From Escherichia coli (lineage in GTDB: Bacteria; Pseudomonadota; Gammaproteobacteria; Enterobacterales; Enterobacteriaceae), in assembly GCF_003019035.1 (NCBI RefSeq), contig NZ_CP027447.1: a stretch of DNA of 64,000 bases. One strand, given 5' to 3'. How positions within the stretch are numbered: the stretch's first letter is position 1; every line of letters begins with the position of its first letter. Below the pieces are notes generated by a model. That model was not told where the DNA came from, searched no databases, and saw only the letters and a list, made by a program, of their open reading frames with translations. Made by a program: the position numbers and the translations under genes. Positions 1 through 17,097 of this stretch are shown here, in pieces.

Positions 1-5143
<5,143 letters not shown>

Positions 5144-5145
5144 CA

Positions 5146-5487
5146 ATGCGAATATTTGTCTACGGCAGTTTACGCCACAAACAAGGCAACAGTCACTGGA
5201 TGACCAATGCCCAGTTACTGGGCGATTTCAGTATCGATAACTACCAGTTGTATAGCCTGGGCCACTATCCAGGCGCAGTTCCGGGGAACGGAACAGTACA
5301 CGGTGAAGTTTATCGTATTGACAACGCCACGCTGGCCGAACTTGATGCCTTGCGCACCAGGGGCGGTGAATACGCGCGCCAGTTGATTCAGACGCCGTAC
5401 GGGAGTGCATGGATGTACGTTTATCAACGACCCGTCGATGGATTAAAGCTAATTGAAAGCGGCGACTGGTTAGACAGGGATAAGTAA
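5146..5487 (+). CDS. ytfP: YtfP, gamma-glutamylcyclotransferase-family protein (113 aa)
   Basis: ORF immediately after tamB; starts MRIFVYGSLR, typical of the GGCT/AIG2-like family. Confidence 0.85.
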   Translation: MRIFVYGSLRHKQGNSHWMTNAQLLGDFSIDNYQLYSLGHYPGAVPGNGTVHGEVYRIDNATLAELDALRTRGGEYARQLIQTPYGSAWMYVYQRPVDGLKLIESGDWLDRDK

Positions 5488-5499
5488 CCATACGCATAC

Positions 5500-5526
5500 G
5501 CCACCTTCGGGTGGCGTTGTTTTTTG
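5500..5526 (+). terminator. Rho-independent terminator after ytfP
   Basis: GCCACC-TTCG-GGTGGC hairpin followed by a T-run (GTTGTTTTTTG). Confidence 0.6.
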
Positions 5527-5698
5527 CGAGACGACTCGCATTCTGTTTTGTAATTCCCTCACCTTTTGCTTTTCTCTCCGAGCCGCTTTCCATATCTGTT
5601 AACGCATAAAAAACTCTGCTGGCGTTCACAAATGCGCAGGGGTAAAACGTTTCCTGTAGCACCGTGAGTTATACTTTGTATAACTTAAGGAGGTGCAG

Positions 5699-5950
5699 AT
5701 GCGTATTACCATAAAAAGATGGGGGAACAGTTCAGGTATGGTCATTCCTAATGTTGTGATGAAAGAACTTAACTTACGGCCGGGGCAGAGCGTGGAGGCG
5801 CAAGTGAGCAACAATCAACTGATTCTGACACCCATCTCCAGGCGCTACTCGCTTGATGAACTGCTGGCACAGTGTGACATGAACGCCACGGAACTTAGCG
5901 AGCAGGATGTCTGGGGTAAATCCACCCCTGCGGGTGACGAAATATGGTAA
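5699..5950 (+). CDS. chpS: ChpS antitoxin (MazE-like), 83 aa
   Basis: Sequence MRITIKRWGNSSGMVIPN... recognised as ChpS; overlaps start of chpB; ORF-track start at 5693 is probably two codons too long. Confidence 0.85.
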   Translation: MRITIKRWGNSSGMVIPNVVMKELNLRPGQSVEAQVSNNQLILTPISRRYSLDELLAQCDMNATELSEQDVWGKSTPAGDEIW

Positions 5951-6294
5951 AGAAAAGTGAATTTGAACGGGGAGACATTGTGCTGGTTGGCTTTGATCCA
6001 GCAAGCGGCCATGAACAGCAAGGTGCTGGTCGACCTGCGCTTGTGCTCTCCGTTCAAGCCTTTAATCAACTGGGAATGACGCTGGTGGCCCCCATTACGC
6101 AGGGCGGAAATTTTGCCCGTTATGCCGGATTTAGCGTTCCTTTACATTGCGAAGAAGGCGATGTGCACGGCGTGGTGCTGGTGAATCAGGTGCGGATGAT
6201 GGATTTACGCGCCCGACTGGCAAAGCGTATTGGTCTGGCTGCGGGTGAGGTGGTGGAAGAGGCGTTATTACGTTTGCAGGCGGTGGTGGAATAA
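5944..6294 (+). CDS. chpB: ChpB (ChpBK) mRNA interferase toxin, MazF/PemK family, 116 aa
   Basis: PemK/MazF-like sequence; overlaps chpS stop as in the K-12 chpSB operon. Confidence 0.85.
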   Translation: MVKKSEFERGDIVLVGFDPASGHEQQGAGRPALVLSVQAFNQLGMTLVAPITQGGNFARYAGFSVPLHCEEGDVHGVVLVNQVRMMDLRARLAKRIGLAAGEVVEEALLRLQAVVE

Positions 6295-6372
6295 GGTGTG
6301 TTTATTTATCGCGGGCATAAAAAACCCCTACTAACCGAAGCCCGGCGTTCAGGGTTATTACGCTAGAAGAAC

Positions 6373-6903
6373 TTATTTATTCTTTGCGCGCTCGAAGGAG
6401 GCAACGATTTCAGCTTTAGCGGCTTCTGCGTTTTCCCAGCCTTCAACTTTCACCCACTTGCCTTTTTCGAGGTCTTTGTAGTGCTCGAAGAAGTGAGCGA
6501 TTTGCGCTTTCAGCAGCTCTGGCAGATCGTTAACGTCTTTAATGTGATCGTATTCTTTGCTCAGCTTGGTGTGCGGAACAGCAATCAGTTTCGCATCTTC
6601 ACCGGCTTCGTCGGTCATTTTCAGTACGCCAACCGGACGGCAGCGGATCACAGAACCCGGCTGCAGCGGGTACGGAGTCGGGACCAGTACGTCAACCGGG
6701 TCGCCGTCCAGAGACAGGGTGTGGTTGATGTAACCGTAGTTGCACGGATAGAACATCGCGGTGGACATGAAGCGGTCAACGAACAGTGCGCCGCTCTCTT
6801 TGTCGATTTCGTATTTGATCGGATCTGCGTTAGCCGGGATCTCAATAACAACGTAGATGTCTTCCGGCAGATCTTTACCCGCAGGGACGTTGAGTAAGCT
6901 CAT
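6373..6903 (-). CDS. ppa: Inorganic pyrophosphatase, 176 aa
   Basis: Starts [38 protein letters not shown], the classic Ppa sequence. Confidence 0.95.
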   Translation of the reverse strand: MSLLNVPAGKDLPEDIYVVIEIPANADPIKYEIDKESGALFVDRFMSTAMFYPCNYGYINHTLSLDGDPVDVLVPTPYPLQPGSVIRCRPVGVLKMTDEAGEDAKLIAVPHTKLSKEYDHIKDVNDLPELLKAQIAHFFEHYKDLEKGKWVKVEGWENAEAAKAEIVASFERAKNK

Positions 6904-7212
6904 GTCTGTTTCCTTTAAAAATATGTGGCAAACAAGTGCCGAGTATTATAGCCAACTCGCGCCGAATGTCTTCGCTTGTTTTCTTCTTCATTTTCCTTTT
7001 TAGCCAGTTTTAAGGTGGTTTAAAGAGCAGGAAAATCCATAACCGTAGCCGCATTTTTCATAGTGAGATGAAAGCGATTACAAACTTGTGATTAACGTTT
7101 TATTTACTTTTTTGAAGTGTGATGTAACGCAATCCGTTACATAACGAATTGTCTATAGTTTTTTCGCGAACATCTTTTCACCAATAATAATTACCCCGAC
7201 GAGGACAACCCT

Positions 7213-8169
7213 ATGTGGAAACGCTTACTTGTAGTCTCTGCAGTCTCGGCAGCCATGTCGTCTATGGCGTTGGCCGCTCCATTAACCGTTGGATTTTCGC
7301 AGGTCGGATCGGAATCCGGCTGGCGCGCCGCAGAAACCAATGTGGCGAAAAGTGAAGCCGAAAAGCGCGGAATTACGTTGAAAATTGCCGATGGTCAGCA
7401 AAAGCAGGAAAACCAGATTAAAGCGGTACGTTCCTTCGTCGCGCAAGGGGTGGATGCGATCTTTATCGCTCCGGTGGTAGCGACCGGTTGGGAGCCGGTA
7501 TTAAAAGAGGCGAAAGATGCCGAAATCCCGGTCTTCTTGCTTGACCGTTCCATCGATGTGAAAGACAAATCTCTCTATATGACCACCGTCACTGCCGACA
7601 ACATCCTCGAAGGCAAATTGATCGGTGACTGGCTGGTAAAAGAAGTGAATGGCAAACCATGCAACGTGGTGGAGTTGCAGGGCACCGTTGGAGCCAGCGT
7701 CGCCATTGACCGTAAGAAAGGCTTTGCCGAAGCCATTAAGAATGCGCCAAACATCAAAATTATCCGCTCGCAGTCTGGTGACTTTACCCGTAGTAAAGGC
7801 AAAGAAGTGATGGAGAGCTTTATCAAAGCGGAAAACAACGGCAAAAACATCTGCATGGTTTACGCCCATAACGATGACATGGTGATTGGCGCGATTCAGG
7901 CAATTAAAGAAGCGGGCCTGAAACCGGGCAAAGATATCCTGACAGGCTCTATCGACGGCGTGCCGGACATCTACAAAGCGATGATTGATGGCGAAGCGAA
8001 CGCCAGCGTTGAACTAACGCCGAATATGGCAGGCCCTGCTTTTGACGCGCTGGAGAAATACAAAAAAGACGGCACCATGCCTGAAAAGCTGACGCTGACC
8101 AAGTCCACCCTTTACCTGCCTGATACCGCAAAAGAAGAGTTAGAGAAGAAGAAAAACATGGGGTATTGA
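7213..8169 (+). CDS. ytfQ: Periplasmic sugar-binding protein of the galactofuranose ABC transporter
   Basis: Signal peptide plus periplasmic-binding-protein fold sequence; first gene of the ytfQRT-yjfF operon. Confidence 0.9.
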   Translation: MWKRLLVVSAVSAAMSSMALAAPLTVGFSQVGSESGWRAAETNVAKSEAEKRGITLKIADGQQKQENQIKAVRSFVAQGVDAIFIAPVVATGWEPVLKEAKDAEIPVFLLDRSIDVKDKSLYMTTVTADNILEGKLIGDWLVKEVNGKPCNVVELQGTVGASVAIDRKKGFAEAIKNAPNIKIIRSQSGDFTRSKGKEVMESFIKAENNGKNICMVYAHNDDMVIGAIQAIKEAGLKPGKDILTGSIDGVPDIYKAMIDGEANASVELTPNMAGPAFDALEKYKKDGTMPEKLTLTKSTLYLPDTAKEELEKKKNMGY

Positions 8170-8174
8170 GGGGC

Positions 8175-8262
8175 ATCAATGCCTGATGCCGACTTGTGGG
8201 CCGCCGGATAAGGCATTCACGCCGCATCCGGCGGTTGTGCGAGATGCCTGATGCGACGCAGT
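8175..8262. repeat. REP/BIME palindromic repeat cluster between ytfQ and ytfR
   Basis: Repeated GCCTGATGCGACGC and GCCGGATAAGGC...GCATCCGGC motifs typical of E. coli REP elements. Confidence 0.7.
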
Positions 8263-8301
8263 TGTGTCTTATCTGGCGCACGCTTTACAACGGGGGAAAC
8301 T

Positions 8302-9804
8302 ATGAATACTAACCAACACCAGGAAATCCTCCGCACCGAAGGATTAAGTAAATTTTTCCCCGGCGTCAAAGCGTTAGACAACGTTGATTTCAGCCTGCGC
8401 CGTGGTGAAATCATGGCGCTGCTCGGTGAAAACGGGGCGGGAAAATCAACGCTAATCAAAGCCTTAACCGGTGTCTACCACGCCGATCGTGGCACCATCT
8501 GGCTGGAAGGCCAGACTATCTCACCGAAAAATACCGCCCACGCACAACAACTCGGCATCGGCACCGTCTATCAGGAAGTCAACCTGCTACCCAATATGTC
8601 GGTCGCTGATAATCTATTCATAGGTCGCGAACCCAAACGTTTCGGCCTTCTACGCCGTAAAGAGATGGAAAAGCGCGCCACCGAACTGATGGCATCTTAC
8701 GGTTTCTCCCTCGACGTGCGCGAACCGCTCAACCGCTTTTCAGTCGCGATGCAGCAAATCGTCGCCATTTGCCGGGCCATCGATCTCTCCGCCAAAGTGC
8801 TGATCCTCGATGAACCCACCGCCAGCCTCGACACTCAGGAAGTAGAGTTACTGTTTGGCCTGATGCGTCAGTTGCGCGATCGCGGCGTCAGCCTGATCTT
8901 CGTTACTCACTTTCTCGATCAGGTCTATCAGGTCAGCGATCGGATCACCGTCTTACGCAACGGCAGTTTCGTAGGCTGTCGGGAAACCCGCGAGCTACCG
9001 CAGATCGAACTGGTAAAAATGATGCTGGGGCGCGAGCTGGACACTCACGCGCTACAGCGTGCCGGACGAACATTGCTGAGCGACAAACCCGTTGCCGCGT
9101 TCAAAAATTACGGCAAAAAAGGAACGATCGCACCGTTTGATCTCGAAGTACGCCCCGGCGAGATCGTTGGCCTGGCAGGCTTGCTGGGATCAGGACGTAC
9201 CGAAACCGCCGAAGTGATCTTCGGGATCAAACCTGCTGACAGCGGCACGGCGTTGATCAAAGGCAAACCGCAAACCCTGCGATCGCCACATCAGGCTTCG
9301 GTACTGGGTATCGGCTTCTGCCAGGAAGACAGGAAAACCGATGGCATCATCGCTGCCGCCTCGGTGCGGGAAAATATCATCCTTGCTCTCCAGGCCCAGC
9401 GCGGCTGGCTACGACCGATTTCCCGCAAAGAACAGCAAGAGATTGCCCAACGCTTTATCCGCCAGCTTGGCATTCGCACACCTTCAACTGAACAACCGAT
9501 TGAATTTCTCTCCGGCGGCAATCAGCAAAAAGTGTTGCTTTCACGTTGGCTACTGACCCGACCGCAATTTCTGATCCTCGATGAGCCAACCCGCGGCATT
9601 GATGTTGGTGCCCACGCCGAGATCATCCGCCTGATTGAAACGCTGTGCGCCGATGGACTGGCGCTGCTGGTGATCTCCTCCGAACTGGAAGAACTGGTGG
9701 GCTATGCCGATCGGGTGATTATCATGCGCGATCGCAAACAGGTGGCGGAGATCCCGCTGGCAGAGCTTTCCGTTCCGGCGATCATGAACGCCATCGCGGC
9801 GTAA
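8302..9804 (+). CDS. ytfR: ABC transporter ATP-binding protein with duplicated ATPase domains
   Basis: Two Walker A motifs (GENGAGKST and GLLGSGRTE) and an LSGGNQQK signature; ATG at 8302 chosen instead of the ORF-track start at 8251, which lies inside the REP cluster. Confidence 0.88.
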   Translation: MNTNQHQEILRTEGLSKFFPGVKALDNVDFSLRRGEIMALLGENGAGKSTLIKALTGVYHADRGTIWLEGQTISPKNTAHAQQLGIGTVYQEVNLLPNMSVADNLFIGREPKRFGLLRRKEMEKRATELMASYGFSLDVREPLNRFSVAMQQIVAICRAIDLSAKVLILDEPTASLDTQEVELLFGLMRQLRDRGVSLIFVTHFLDQVYQVSDRITVLRNGSFVGCRETRELPQIELVKMMLGRELDTHALQRAGRTLLSDKPVAAFKNYGKKGTIAPFDLEVRPGEIVGLAGLLGSGRTETAEVIFGIKPADSGTALIKGKPQTLRSPHQASVLGIGFCQEDRKTDGIIAAASVRENIILALQAQRGWLRPISRKEQQEIAQRFIRQLGIRTPSTEQPIEFLSGGNQQKVLLSRWLLTRPQFLILDEPTRGIDVGAHAEIIRLIETLCADGLALLVISSELEELVGYADRVIIMRDRKQVAEIPLAELSVPAIMNAIAA

Positions 9805-9814
9805 GGAGAACAGT

Positions 9815-10840
9815 GTGATGCCTCAATCTCTCCCGGACACTACGCCGTCGAAAAGGCGCTTTCGCTGGCCGACGGGGATGCCGCAACTGGTAGCGCTATT
9901 GCTGGTGCTGCTGGTCGATAGCCTGGTGGCCCCGCATTTCTGGCAGGTGGTGCTTCAGGATGGGCGTTTGTTCGGTAGCCCTATCGACATTCTTAACCGT
10001 GCAGCACCCGTTGCGTTACTGGCGATTGGCATGACGCTCGTTATCGCTACAGGTGGTATCGATCTCTCCGTGGGGGCAGTGATGGCTATCGCCGGAGCCA
10101 CAACGGCTGCGATGACGGTCGCGGGATTCAGCCTGCCGATTGTTTTGTTAAGCGCCCTGGGCACTGGCATCCTGGCGGGATTGTGGAACGGCATACTGGT
10201 AGCGATCCTTAAAATTCAGCCGTTTGTCGCCACCCTGATCCTGATGGTCGCCGGGCGCGGCGTGGCGCAACTGATCACCTCCGGACAGATCGTCACATTT
10301 AACTCACCGGATCTCTCCTGGTTTGGCAGCGGATCGCTGGTGTTCCTGCCAACGCCAGTCATTATTGCGGTGCTGACGCTTCTTCTGTTCTGGATGTTGA
10401 CCCGCAAAACGGCACTGGGGATGTTTATCGAAGCTGTTGGTATCAACATTCGGGCGGCAAAAAATGCCGGAGTTAACACGCGAATCATCGTCATGCTCAC
10501 CTACGTGTTGAGCGGGCTGTGTGCGGCGATTGCGGGCATTATCGTGGCGGCGGATATTCGCGGTGCCGATGCCAATAACGCCGGGTTATGGCTGGAGCTG
10601 GACGCCATTCTTGCAGTGGTTATTGGCGGTGGATCGCTGATGGGCGGGCGCTTTAACCTGCTGCTTTCGGTGGTGGGGGCGCTGATTATTCAGGGAATGA
10701 ACACCGGAATTTTGCTTTCTGGCTTTCCGCCGGAGATGAACCAGGTCGTAAAAGCGGTGGTGGTGCTTTGCGTGCTGATTGTTCAGTCGCAACGCTTTAT
10801 CAGTCTGATTAAAGGAGTGCGTAGCCGTGATAAAACGTAA
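9815..10840 (+). CDS. ytfT: ABC transporter permease
   Basis: Polytopic membrane protein sequence; position in operon; GTG start. Confidence 0.85.
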   Translation: MMPQSLPDTTPSKRRFRWPTGMPQLVALLLVLLVDSLVAPHFWQVVLQDGRLFGSPIDILNRAAPVALLAIGMTLVIATGGIDLSVGAVMAIAGATTAAMTVAGFSLPIVLLSALGTGILAGLWNGILVAILKIQPFVATLILMVAGRGVAQLITSGQIVTFNSPDLSWFGSGSLVFLPTPVIIAVLTLLLFWMLTRKTALGMFIEAVGINIRAAKNAGVNTRIIVMLTYVLSGLCAAIAGIIVAADIRGADANNAGLWLELDAILAVVIGGGSLMGGRFNLLLSVVGALIIQGMNTGILLSGFPPEMNQVVKAVVVLCVLIVQSQRFISLIKGVRSRDKT

Positions 10841-11822
10841 CTTGCCGCTGATGATCACTATCGGCGTCTTTGTGTTGGGTTATCTCTACTGTCTGACGCA
10901 GTTTCCCGGTTTTGCTTCCACAAGAGTGATCTGCAATATCCTGACCGATAACGCTTTTCTGGGGATCATCGCCGTTGGCATGACCTTTGTGATCCTCTCC
11001 GGTGGGATCGATCTCTCCGTCGGTTCGGTGATCGCCTTTACCGGCGTGTTTCTGGCAAAAGTGATTGGCGATTTCGGCCTCTCGCCGCTGCTGGCGTTTC
11101 CGCTGGTGCTGGTGATGGGCTGTGCCTTTGGCGCATTTATGGGGCTTTTGATCGACGCCCTGAAGATCCCGGCATTTATCATTACCCTGGCGGGGATGTT
11201 CTTTTTGCGCGGCGTCAGCTATCTCGTTTCGGAAGAGTCGATCCCGATAAACCATCCTGTTTATGACACGCTCTCAAGCCTTGCGTGGAAAATCCCTGGC
11301 GGCGGTCGCTTAAGTGCGATGGGGCTGCTGATGCTGGCGGTGGTGGTTATCGGCATATTCCTCGCGCATCGTACGCGTTTTGGTAATCAGGTGTACGCCA
11401 TTGGCGGCAACGCAACGTCGGCGAACCTGATGGGGATTTCCACTCGCAGCACCACTATTCGCATTTATATGCTTTCCACCGGACTGGCAACGCTGGCGGG
11501 GATTGTCTTCTCGATTTATACCCAAGCCGGATATGCGCTGGCGGGCGTAGGTGTGGAACTGGACGCTATCGCCTCAGTGGTGATTGGCGGTACACTTTTG
11601 AGTGGTGGCGTTGGAACGGTATTAGGGACGCTTTTTGGCGTGGCGATTCAGGGACTGATTCAGACTTACATAAACTTTGATGGCACGCTGAGCTCATGGT
11701 GGACGAAAATCGCCATCGGTATTTTGTTGTTTATTTTTATAGCATTACAGCGTGGATTAACGGTGCTGTGGGAGAATCGTCAGAGTTCGCCTGTGACAAA
11801 AGTCAACATTGTGCAGCGATAA
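10827..11822 (+). CDS. yjfF: ABC transporter permease
   Basis: Paralogous permease overlapping ytfT stop; GTG start. Confidence 0.85.
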   Translation: MIKRNLPLMITIGVFVLGYLYCLTQFPGFASTRVICNILTDNAFLGIIAVGMTFVILSGGIDLSVGSVIAFTGVFLAKVIGDFGLSPLLAFPLVLVMGCAFGAFMGLLIDALKIPAFIITLAGMFFLRGVSYLVSEESIPINHPVYDTLSSLAWKIPGGGRLSAMGLLMLAVVVIGIFLAHRTRFGNQVYAIGGNATSANLMGISTRSTTIRIYMLSTGLATLAGIVFSIYTQAGYALAGVGVELDAIASVVIGGTLLSGGVGTVLGTLFGVAIQGLIQTYINFDGTLSSWWTKIAIGILLFIFIALQRGLTVLWENRQSSPVTKVNIVQR

Positions 11823-11854
11823 AAACGCCTCTCCGTGTGGAGAGGCGCAGGAGA

Positions 11855-12853
11855 TTACGCGTCCGGGAACTCACGGATAAAGCGTTCGACATCTTCAACC
11901 ATATGGTCGTTGCCGACAAAGAACGAACGGCGCTGGTGCAGGGTTTCCGGGATGATATCCAGAATACGCTCTTTGCCATCGCTCGCTTTACCGCCTGCTT
12001 GTTCCGCCAGGAATGCCATCGGGTTGCACTCATACAGTAAACGCAGTTTACCGTCCGGGTGGCTGGCGGTGCTTGGGTAGAGATAAATACCGCCCTTCAG
12101 CAGGTTACGGTGGAAATCCGCGACCAGTGAACCGATATAACGTGAGGTATACGGGCGATTGGTAGACTTATCTTCTTCCTGGCAGAATTTAATGTACTTC
12201 TTCACCCCGTTCGGAAACTTAATGTAGTTTCCTTCGTTGATGGAGTAGGTTTTGCCTTTCTCCGGGAAGCGCATCCGTTCCTGGCACAGGCAGAAAACGC
12301 CCAGCGAAGGATCGTAAGTAAAGGCGTGAACACCGCATCCGGTGGTGTAAACCAGCATGGTAGAGGAGCCGTATACCACGTAACCTGCCGCAACCTGTTT
12401 GTTACCAGGCTGGAGGAAATCTTCTTCCGTTACCGGCGTGCCAACAGGTGTAACGCGGCGGTAGATGGAGAAAATGGTACCGACAGAGACGTTAACATCG
12501 ATGTTGGACGAGCCATCCAGGGGGTCCATCAGCACCACGTATTTTGCGTGTTCACAGCCTTCAAAGACGACAATCTCATCTTCTTCTTCAGAGGCAATGC
12601 CCGCAACGATATCGCGTGCTTTCAGTGCGGCTTTCAGTTTTTCATTAGCGAACAGGTCGAGTTTCTGCTGAACCTCGCCCTGCACGTTCTCAGCACCGCT
12701 GGCACCCAGGATATCAACCAGTCCTGCTTTGTTGATATCGCGATGGATAATCTTGGCGCCCAGTTTTATTGCCGACAGCAAAGCAGTGAGCTCACCGGTA
12801 GCATGAGAAAACTCGTGCTGCTTTTCGACAATAAATTCACCTAACGTTTTCAT
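11855..12853 (-). CDS. fbp: Fructose-1,6-bisphosphatase class 1, 332 aa
   Basis: Sequence [45 protein letters not shown] recognised; ORF-track start at 13036 is an upstream extension. Confidence 0.93.
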
Positions 12854-13028
12854 AAAACTTTCCCTGCAATGTTTATGGAGTAAAGCGACCGCAACAATCT
12901 TAACAAATAATCTCAATGTTGCGCTCAGGTGAATCGCGCCAGCAAATTGCGGATTATCCTGAAATGCGTTTCTCACTTGCCCGACATATGCGTAAAATGA
13001 GCGGCAGATTAAAAAAGGATAGTGACGT

Positions 13029-14402
13029 ATGCGCATTCATATTTTAGGAATTTGTGGCACGTTTATGGGCGGTCTGGCGATGCTGGCGCGCCAGTTAGGC
13101 CATGAAGTAACGGGTTCGGACGCCAATGTGTATCCGCCGATGAGCACCTTACTTGAGAAGCAAGGCATTGAACTGATTCAGGGTTACGATGCCAGCCAGC
13201 TCGAACCGCAGCCGGATCTGGTGATTATTGGCAACGCCATGACCCGTGGAAATCCGTGTGTGGAAGCGGTACTGGAAAAAAACATCCCTTATATGTCAGG
13301 TCCGCAGTGGCTGCACGATTTTGTGCTGCGCGACCGCTGGGTGCTGGCCGTTGCCGGTACACACGGCAAAACCACCACGGCGGGAATGGCGACCTGGATT
13401 CTGGAACAGTGCGGTTACAAACCAGGATTTGTGATCGGCGGTGTGCCGGGGAACTTTGAGGTCTCGGCGCGTCTGGGCGAAAGCGACTTCTTTGTTATCG
13501 AAGCGGATGAGTACGACTGCGCCTTCTTCGACAAACGCTCTAAATTTGTCCATTACTGCCCGCGTACGCTGATCCTCAACAACCTTGAGTTCGATCACGC
13601 CGATATCTTTGACGACCTGAAAGCGATCCAGAAACAGTTCCACCATCTGGTGCGTATCGTTCCGGGGCAGGGCCGTATTATCTGGCCGGAAAACGACATC
13701 AACCTGAAACAGACCATGGCGATGGGCTGCTGGAGCGAGCAGGAGCTGGTGGGCGAGCAAGGTCACTGGCAGGCGAAAAAGCTGACCACTGACGCTTCTG
13801 AATGGGAAGTCTTGCTGGATGGCGAAAAAGTGGGCGAAGTGAAATGGTCGCTGGTAGGCGAACATAATATGCACAATGGCCTGATGGCGATTGCGGCGGC
13901 TCGCCATGTTGGTGTAGCGCCGGCAGATGCCGCTAACGCGCTGGGTTCGTTTATTAACGCTCGTCGCCGTCTGGAATTGCGTGGTGAAGCAAATGGCGTC
14001 ACGGTATATGACGATTTCGCCCATCACCCGACGGCGATTCTGGCAACGCTGGCGGCGCTGCGTGGCAAAGTTGGCGGTACGGCGCGCATTATTGCTGTGC
14101 TGGAACCGCGCTCGAATACCATGAAAATGGGGATCTGCAAAGACGATCTGGCACCTTCATTAGGTCGTGCCGATGAAGTCTTCCTGCTGCAACCGGCGCA
14201 TATTCCGTGGCAGGTGGCAGAAGTGGCAGAAGCCTGCGTTCAGCCTGCACACTGGAGCGGCGATGTGGATACGCTGGCAGATATGGTGGTGAAAACCGCT
14301 CAGCCTGGCGACCATATTCTGGTGATGAGCAATGGCGGTTTTGGTGGGATCCATCAGAAACTGCTGGATGGACTGGCGAAGAAGGCGGAAGCTGCGCAGT
14401 AA
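13029..14402 (+). CDS. mpl: UDP-N-acetylmuramate:L-alanyl-gamma-D-glutamyl-meso-diaminopimelate ligase
   Basis: Mur-ligase sequence (GTHGKTTT P-loop); diverges from fbp as in K-12. Confidence 0.92.
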
Positions 14403-14417
14403 TTTGGCCTCAGCCTG

Positions 14418-14460
14418 ATATAGCATTGCCGGATAAGGCGTTTACACCGTATCCGGCAAA
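14418..14460. repeat. REP element downstream of mpl
   Basis: GCCGGATAAGGCGTTTACACCGTATCCGGC palindromic unit. Confidence 0.65.
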
Positions 14461-14484
14461 CCATACTCACATCAACAACGAAAA

Positions 14485-15036
14485 TTACCCTTCGTTTTCC
14501 GCTAACTCACGCAGATATTGGAAAATCTGGCGCGCGGATTTCGGCGGCTTATTCCCTTCTTTCTCTTTCTTCGCGTTGCGGATTAGAGTTCGCAGCTGCT
14601 GACGATCGGCATCGGGCCACAGATTTAATACTTCAGCAATGGCGTCATCACCCTGGTCGATCAGACGATCGCGCAGGTTTTCCAGTTTATGGAACAACAC
14701 CACCTGCTGGTTGTGGCGATTTTTCAGCTTATCCAGCGCCTGACGGATCGGTTCAACATCGCGCTGGCGCAGCATCTTACCGATGAGCTGCAACTGGCGG
14801 CGGCGACCTTCCATCTTAATACGCTGGGCGAGCTCAATAGCCGCGCGCAGATCCGCATCTAACGGGATCTTATCCAGCGCGTTTTTCCCCAGATCAACAA
14901 TTTCCGCGCCAAGGCGTTTTAGCTCCTCGGCATCGCGTTTAATTTCACTTTTACTGACCCAGATAATTTCATCGTCTTCGTCTTCGATGTCATCACCGGG
15001 AACGTCGTCGAGCCAGTCTTCGGGCTGCTTAGTCAT
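14485..15036 (-). CDS. yjgA: YjgA (DarP) ribosome-associated protein, 183 aa
   Basis: Acidic N-terminus and basic C-terminus; position opposite pmbA. Confidence 0.85.
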
Positions 15037-15130
15037 CTCAGGCTCCTTAAAAAAAAGAGGCTAATGTTACCAGTTAAGATGCGCACTGAAAAACGGTTCT
15101 CTGTTAGACTTCAGAGAAACTCTCTACATT

Positions 15131-16483
15131 ATGGCACTTGCAATGAAAGTAATCTCTCAAGTTGAAGCGCAGCGCAAGATTCTGGAAGAAGCAGTTTCGA
15201 CTGCGCTGGAGTTGGCCTCAGGCAAATCGGACGGTGCGGAAGTTGCCGTCAGCAAGACCACCGGCATTAGCGTAAGCACGCGTTATGGTGAAGTGGAGAA
15301 TGTTGAATTCAATAGCGATGGCGCGCTGGGGATCACTGTTTATCACCAGAACCGCAAAGGTAGCGCATCGTCTACCGATTTAAGCCCGCAGGCCATTGCC
15401 CGCACCGTACAGGCGGCGCTGGATATTGCCCGTTATACCTCGCCAGATCCCTGTGCCGGCGTGGCAGACAAAGAACTGCTGGCTTTTGACGCACCGGATC
15501 TCGACTTGTTCCACCCTGCGGACGTTTCTCCGGATGAAGCCATTGAACTGGCGGCTCGCGCGGAACAGGCGGCATTGCAGGCGGACAAACGCATCACCAA
15601 TACCGAAGGCGGTAGCTTTAACAGCCACTACGGTGTCAAAGTTTTCGGCAACAGCCACGGCATGTTGCAGGGTTACTGCTCAACGCGTCATTCGCTCTCC
15701 AGTTGTGTAATCGCCGAAGAAAATGGCGATATGGAGCGTGATTACGCCTACACCATTGGTCGTGCGATGAGCGATCTGCAGACGCCAGAGTGGGTCGGGG
15801 CCGACTGTGCTCGCCGCACTTTATCGCGTCTGTCACCGCGTAAACTCTCCACCATGAAAGCGCCGGTCATTTTTGCCAATGAAGTGGCAACCGGGCTTTT
15901 TGGGCATCTGGTTGGGGCGATAGCGGGTGGTTCGGTTTACCGTAAATCCACCTTCCTGCTGGATTCGCTGGGTAAACAAATTCTGCCGGACTGGCTGACC
16001 ATTGAAGAGCATCCGCATCTGCTGAAAGGGCTGGCCTCTACGCCATTCGACAGCGAAGGTGTGCGCACCGAGCGCCGCGATATCGTCAAAGATGGCATCC
16101 TGACTCAGTGGCTGCTGACCAGCTATTCGGCGCGAAAACTGGGGCTGAAAAGCACCGGACATGCGGGCGGTATTCACAACTGGCGGATTGCCGGACAAGG
16201 GCTAAGCTTCGAACAAATGCTCAAAGAGATGGGCACCGGGCTGGTGGTGACGGAGCTGATGGGCCAGGGCGTGAGTGCCATTACCGGTGATTATTCCCGT
16301 GGTGCGGCGGGCTTCTGGGTAGAGAATGGCGAAATTCAGTATCCGGTGAGCGAAATCACCATCGCAGGTAATTTGAAAGATATGTGGCGCAATATTGTCA
16401 CCGTCGGTAACGATATTGAAACACGCAGTAATATACAGTGTGGTTCTGTGCTGTTGCCGGAGATGAAAATCGCCGGGCAGTAA
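15131..16483 (+). CDS. pmbA: PmbA (TldE) metalloprotease subunit
   Basis: 450-aa ORF with PmbA/TldD-family sequence; K-12 position. Confidence 0.9.
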   Translation: MALAMKVISQVEAQRKILEEAVSTALELASGKSDGAEVAVSKTTGISVSTRYGEVENVEFNSDGALGITVYHQNRKGSASSTDLSPQAIARTVQAALDIARYTSPDPCAGVADKELLAFDAPDLDLFHPADVSPDEAIELAARAEQAALQADKRITNTEGGSFNSHYGVKVFGNSHGMLQGYCSTRHSLSSCVIAEENGDMERDYAYTIGRAMSDLQTPEWVGADCARRTLSRLSPRKLSTMKAPVIFANEVATGLFGHLVGAIAGGSVYRKSTFLLDSLGKQILPDWLTIEEHPHLLKGLASTPFDSEGVRTERRDIVKDGILTQWLLTSYSARKLGLKSTGHAGGIHNWRIAGQGLSFEQMLKEMGTGLVVTELMGQGVSAITGDYSRGAAGFWVENGEIQYPVSEITIAGNLKDMWRNIVTVGNDIETRSNIQCGSVLLPEMKIAGQ

Positions 16484-16663
16484 AAAAACTGGCGCGACCT
16501 GCCGCGCTATAAACTAAAAAATTACACAAAATCATTCGCACTGCATCGAGACGGAAAGCGAATAAGAGCCGGGGAGCGTACTCGTAGTAGGTGACCCGGT
16601 CGAATGAGCGTAGCCGTCGATGAGGCAGTGTGAAGGATGAAGTGTAAATAAAAAAGGAAGTGA

Positions 16664-17053
<390 letters not shown>

Positions 17054-17063
17054 TTCTTTATTT

Positions 17064-17091
17064 CCCTGTTGCCTGCACTCAGGTAACAGGG
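17064..17091. terminator. Bidirectional terminator between cybC and nrdG
   Basis: CCCTGTT...AACAGGG hairpin between convergent genes. Confidence 0.5.
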
Positions 17092-17097
17092 AACTTA

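Noticed and set aside
8251-8301. ORF-track start of ytfR at 8251
   Set aside because: The extra 17 codons lie inside a REP palindrome; the ATG at 8302 gives the expected N-terminus.
11855-13036. 393-aa extended version of fbp starting at 13036
   Set aside because: The recognised Fbp N-terminus (MKTLGEF...) begins at 12853; the extension overlaps the divergent mpl start and is non-coding.
13296-14027. 243-aa ORF on the minus strand
   Set aside because: Antisense to mpl.
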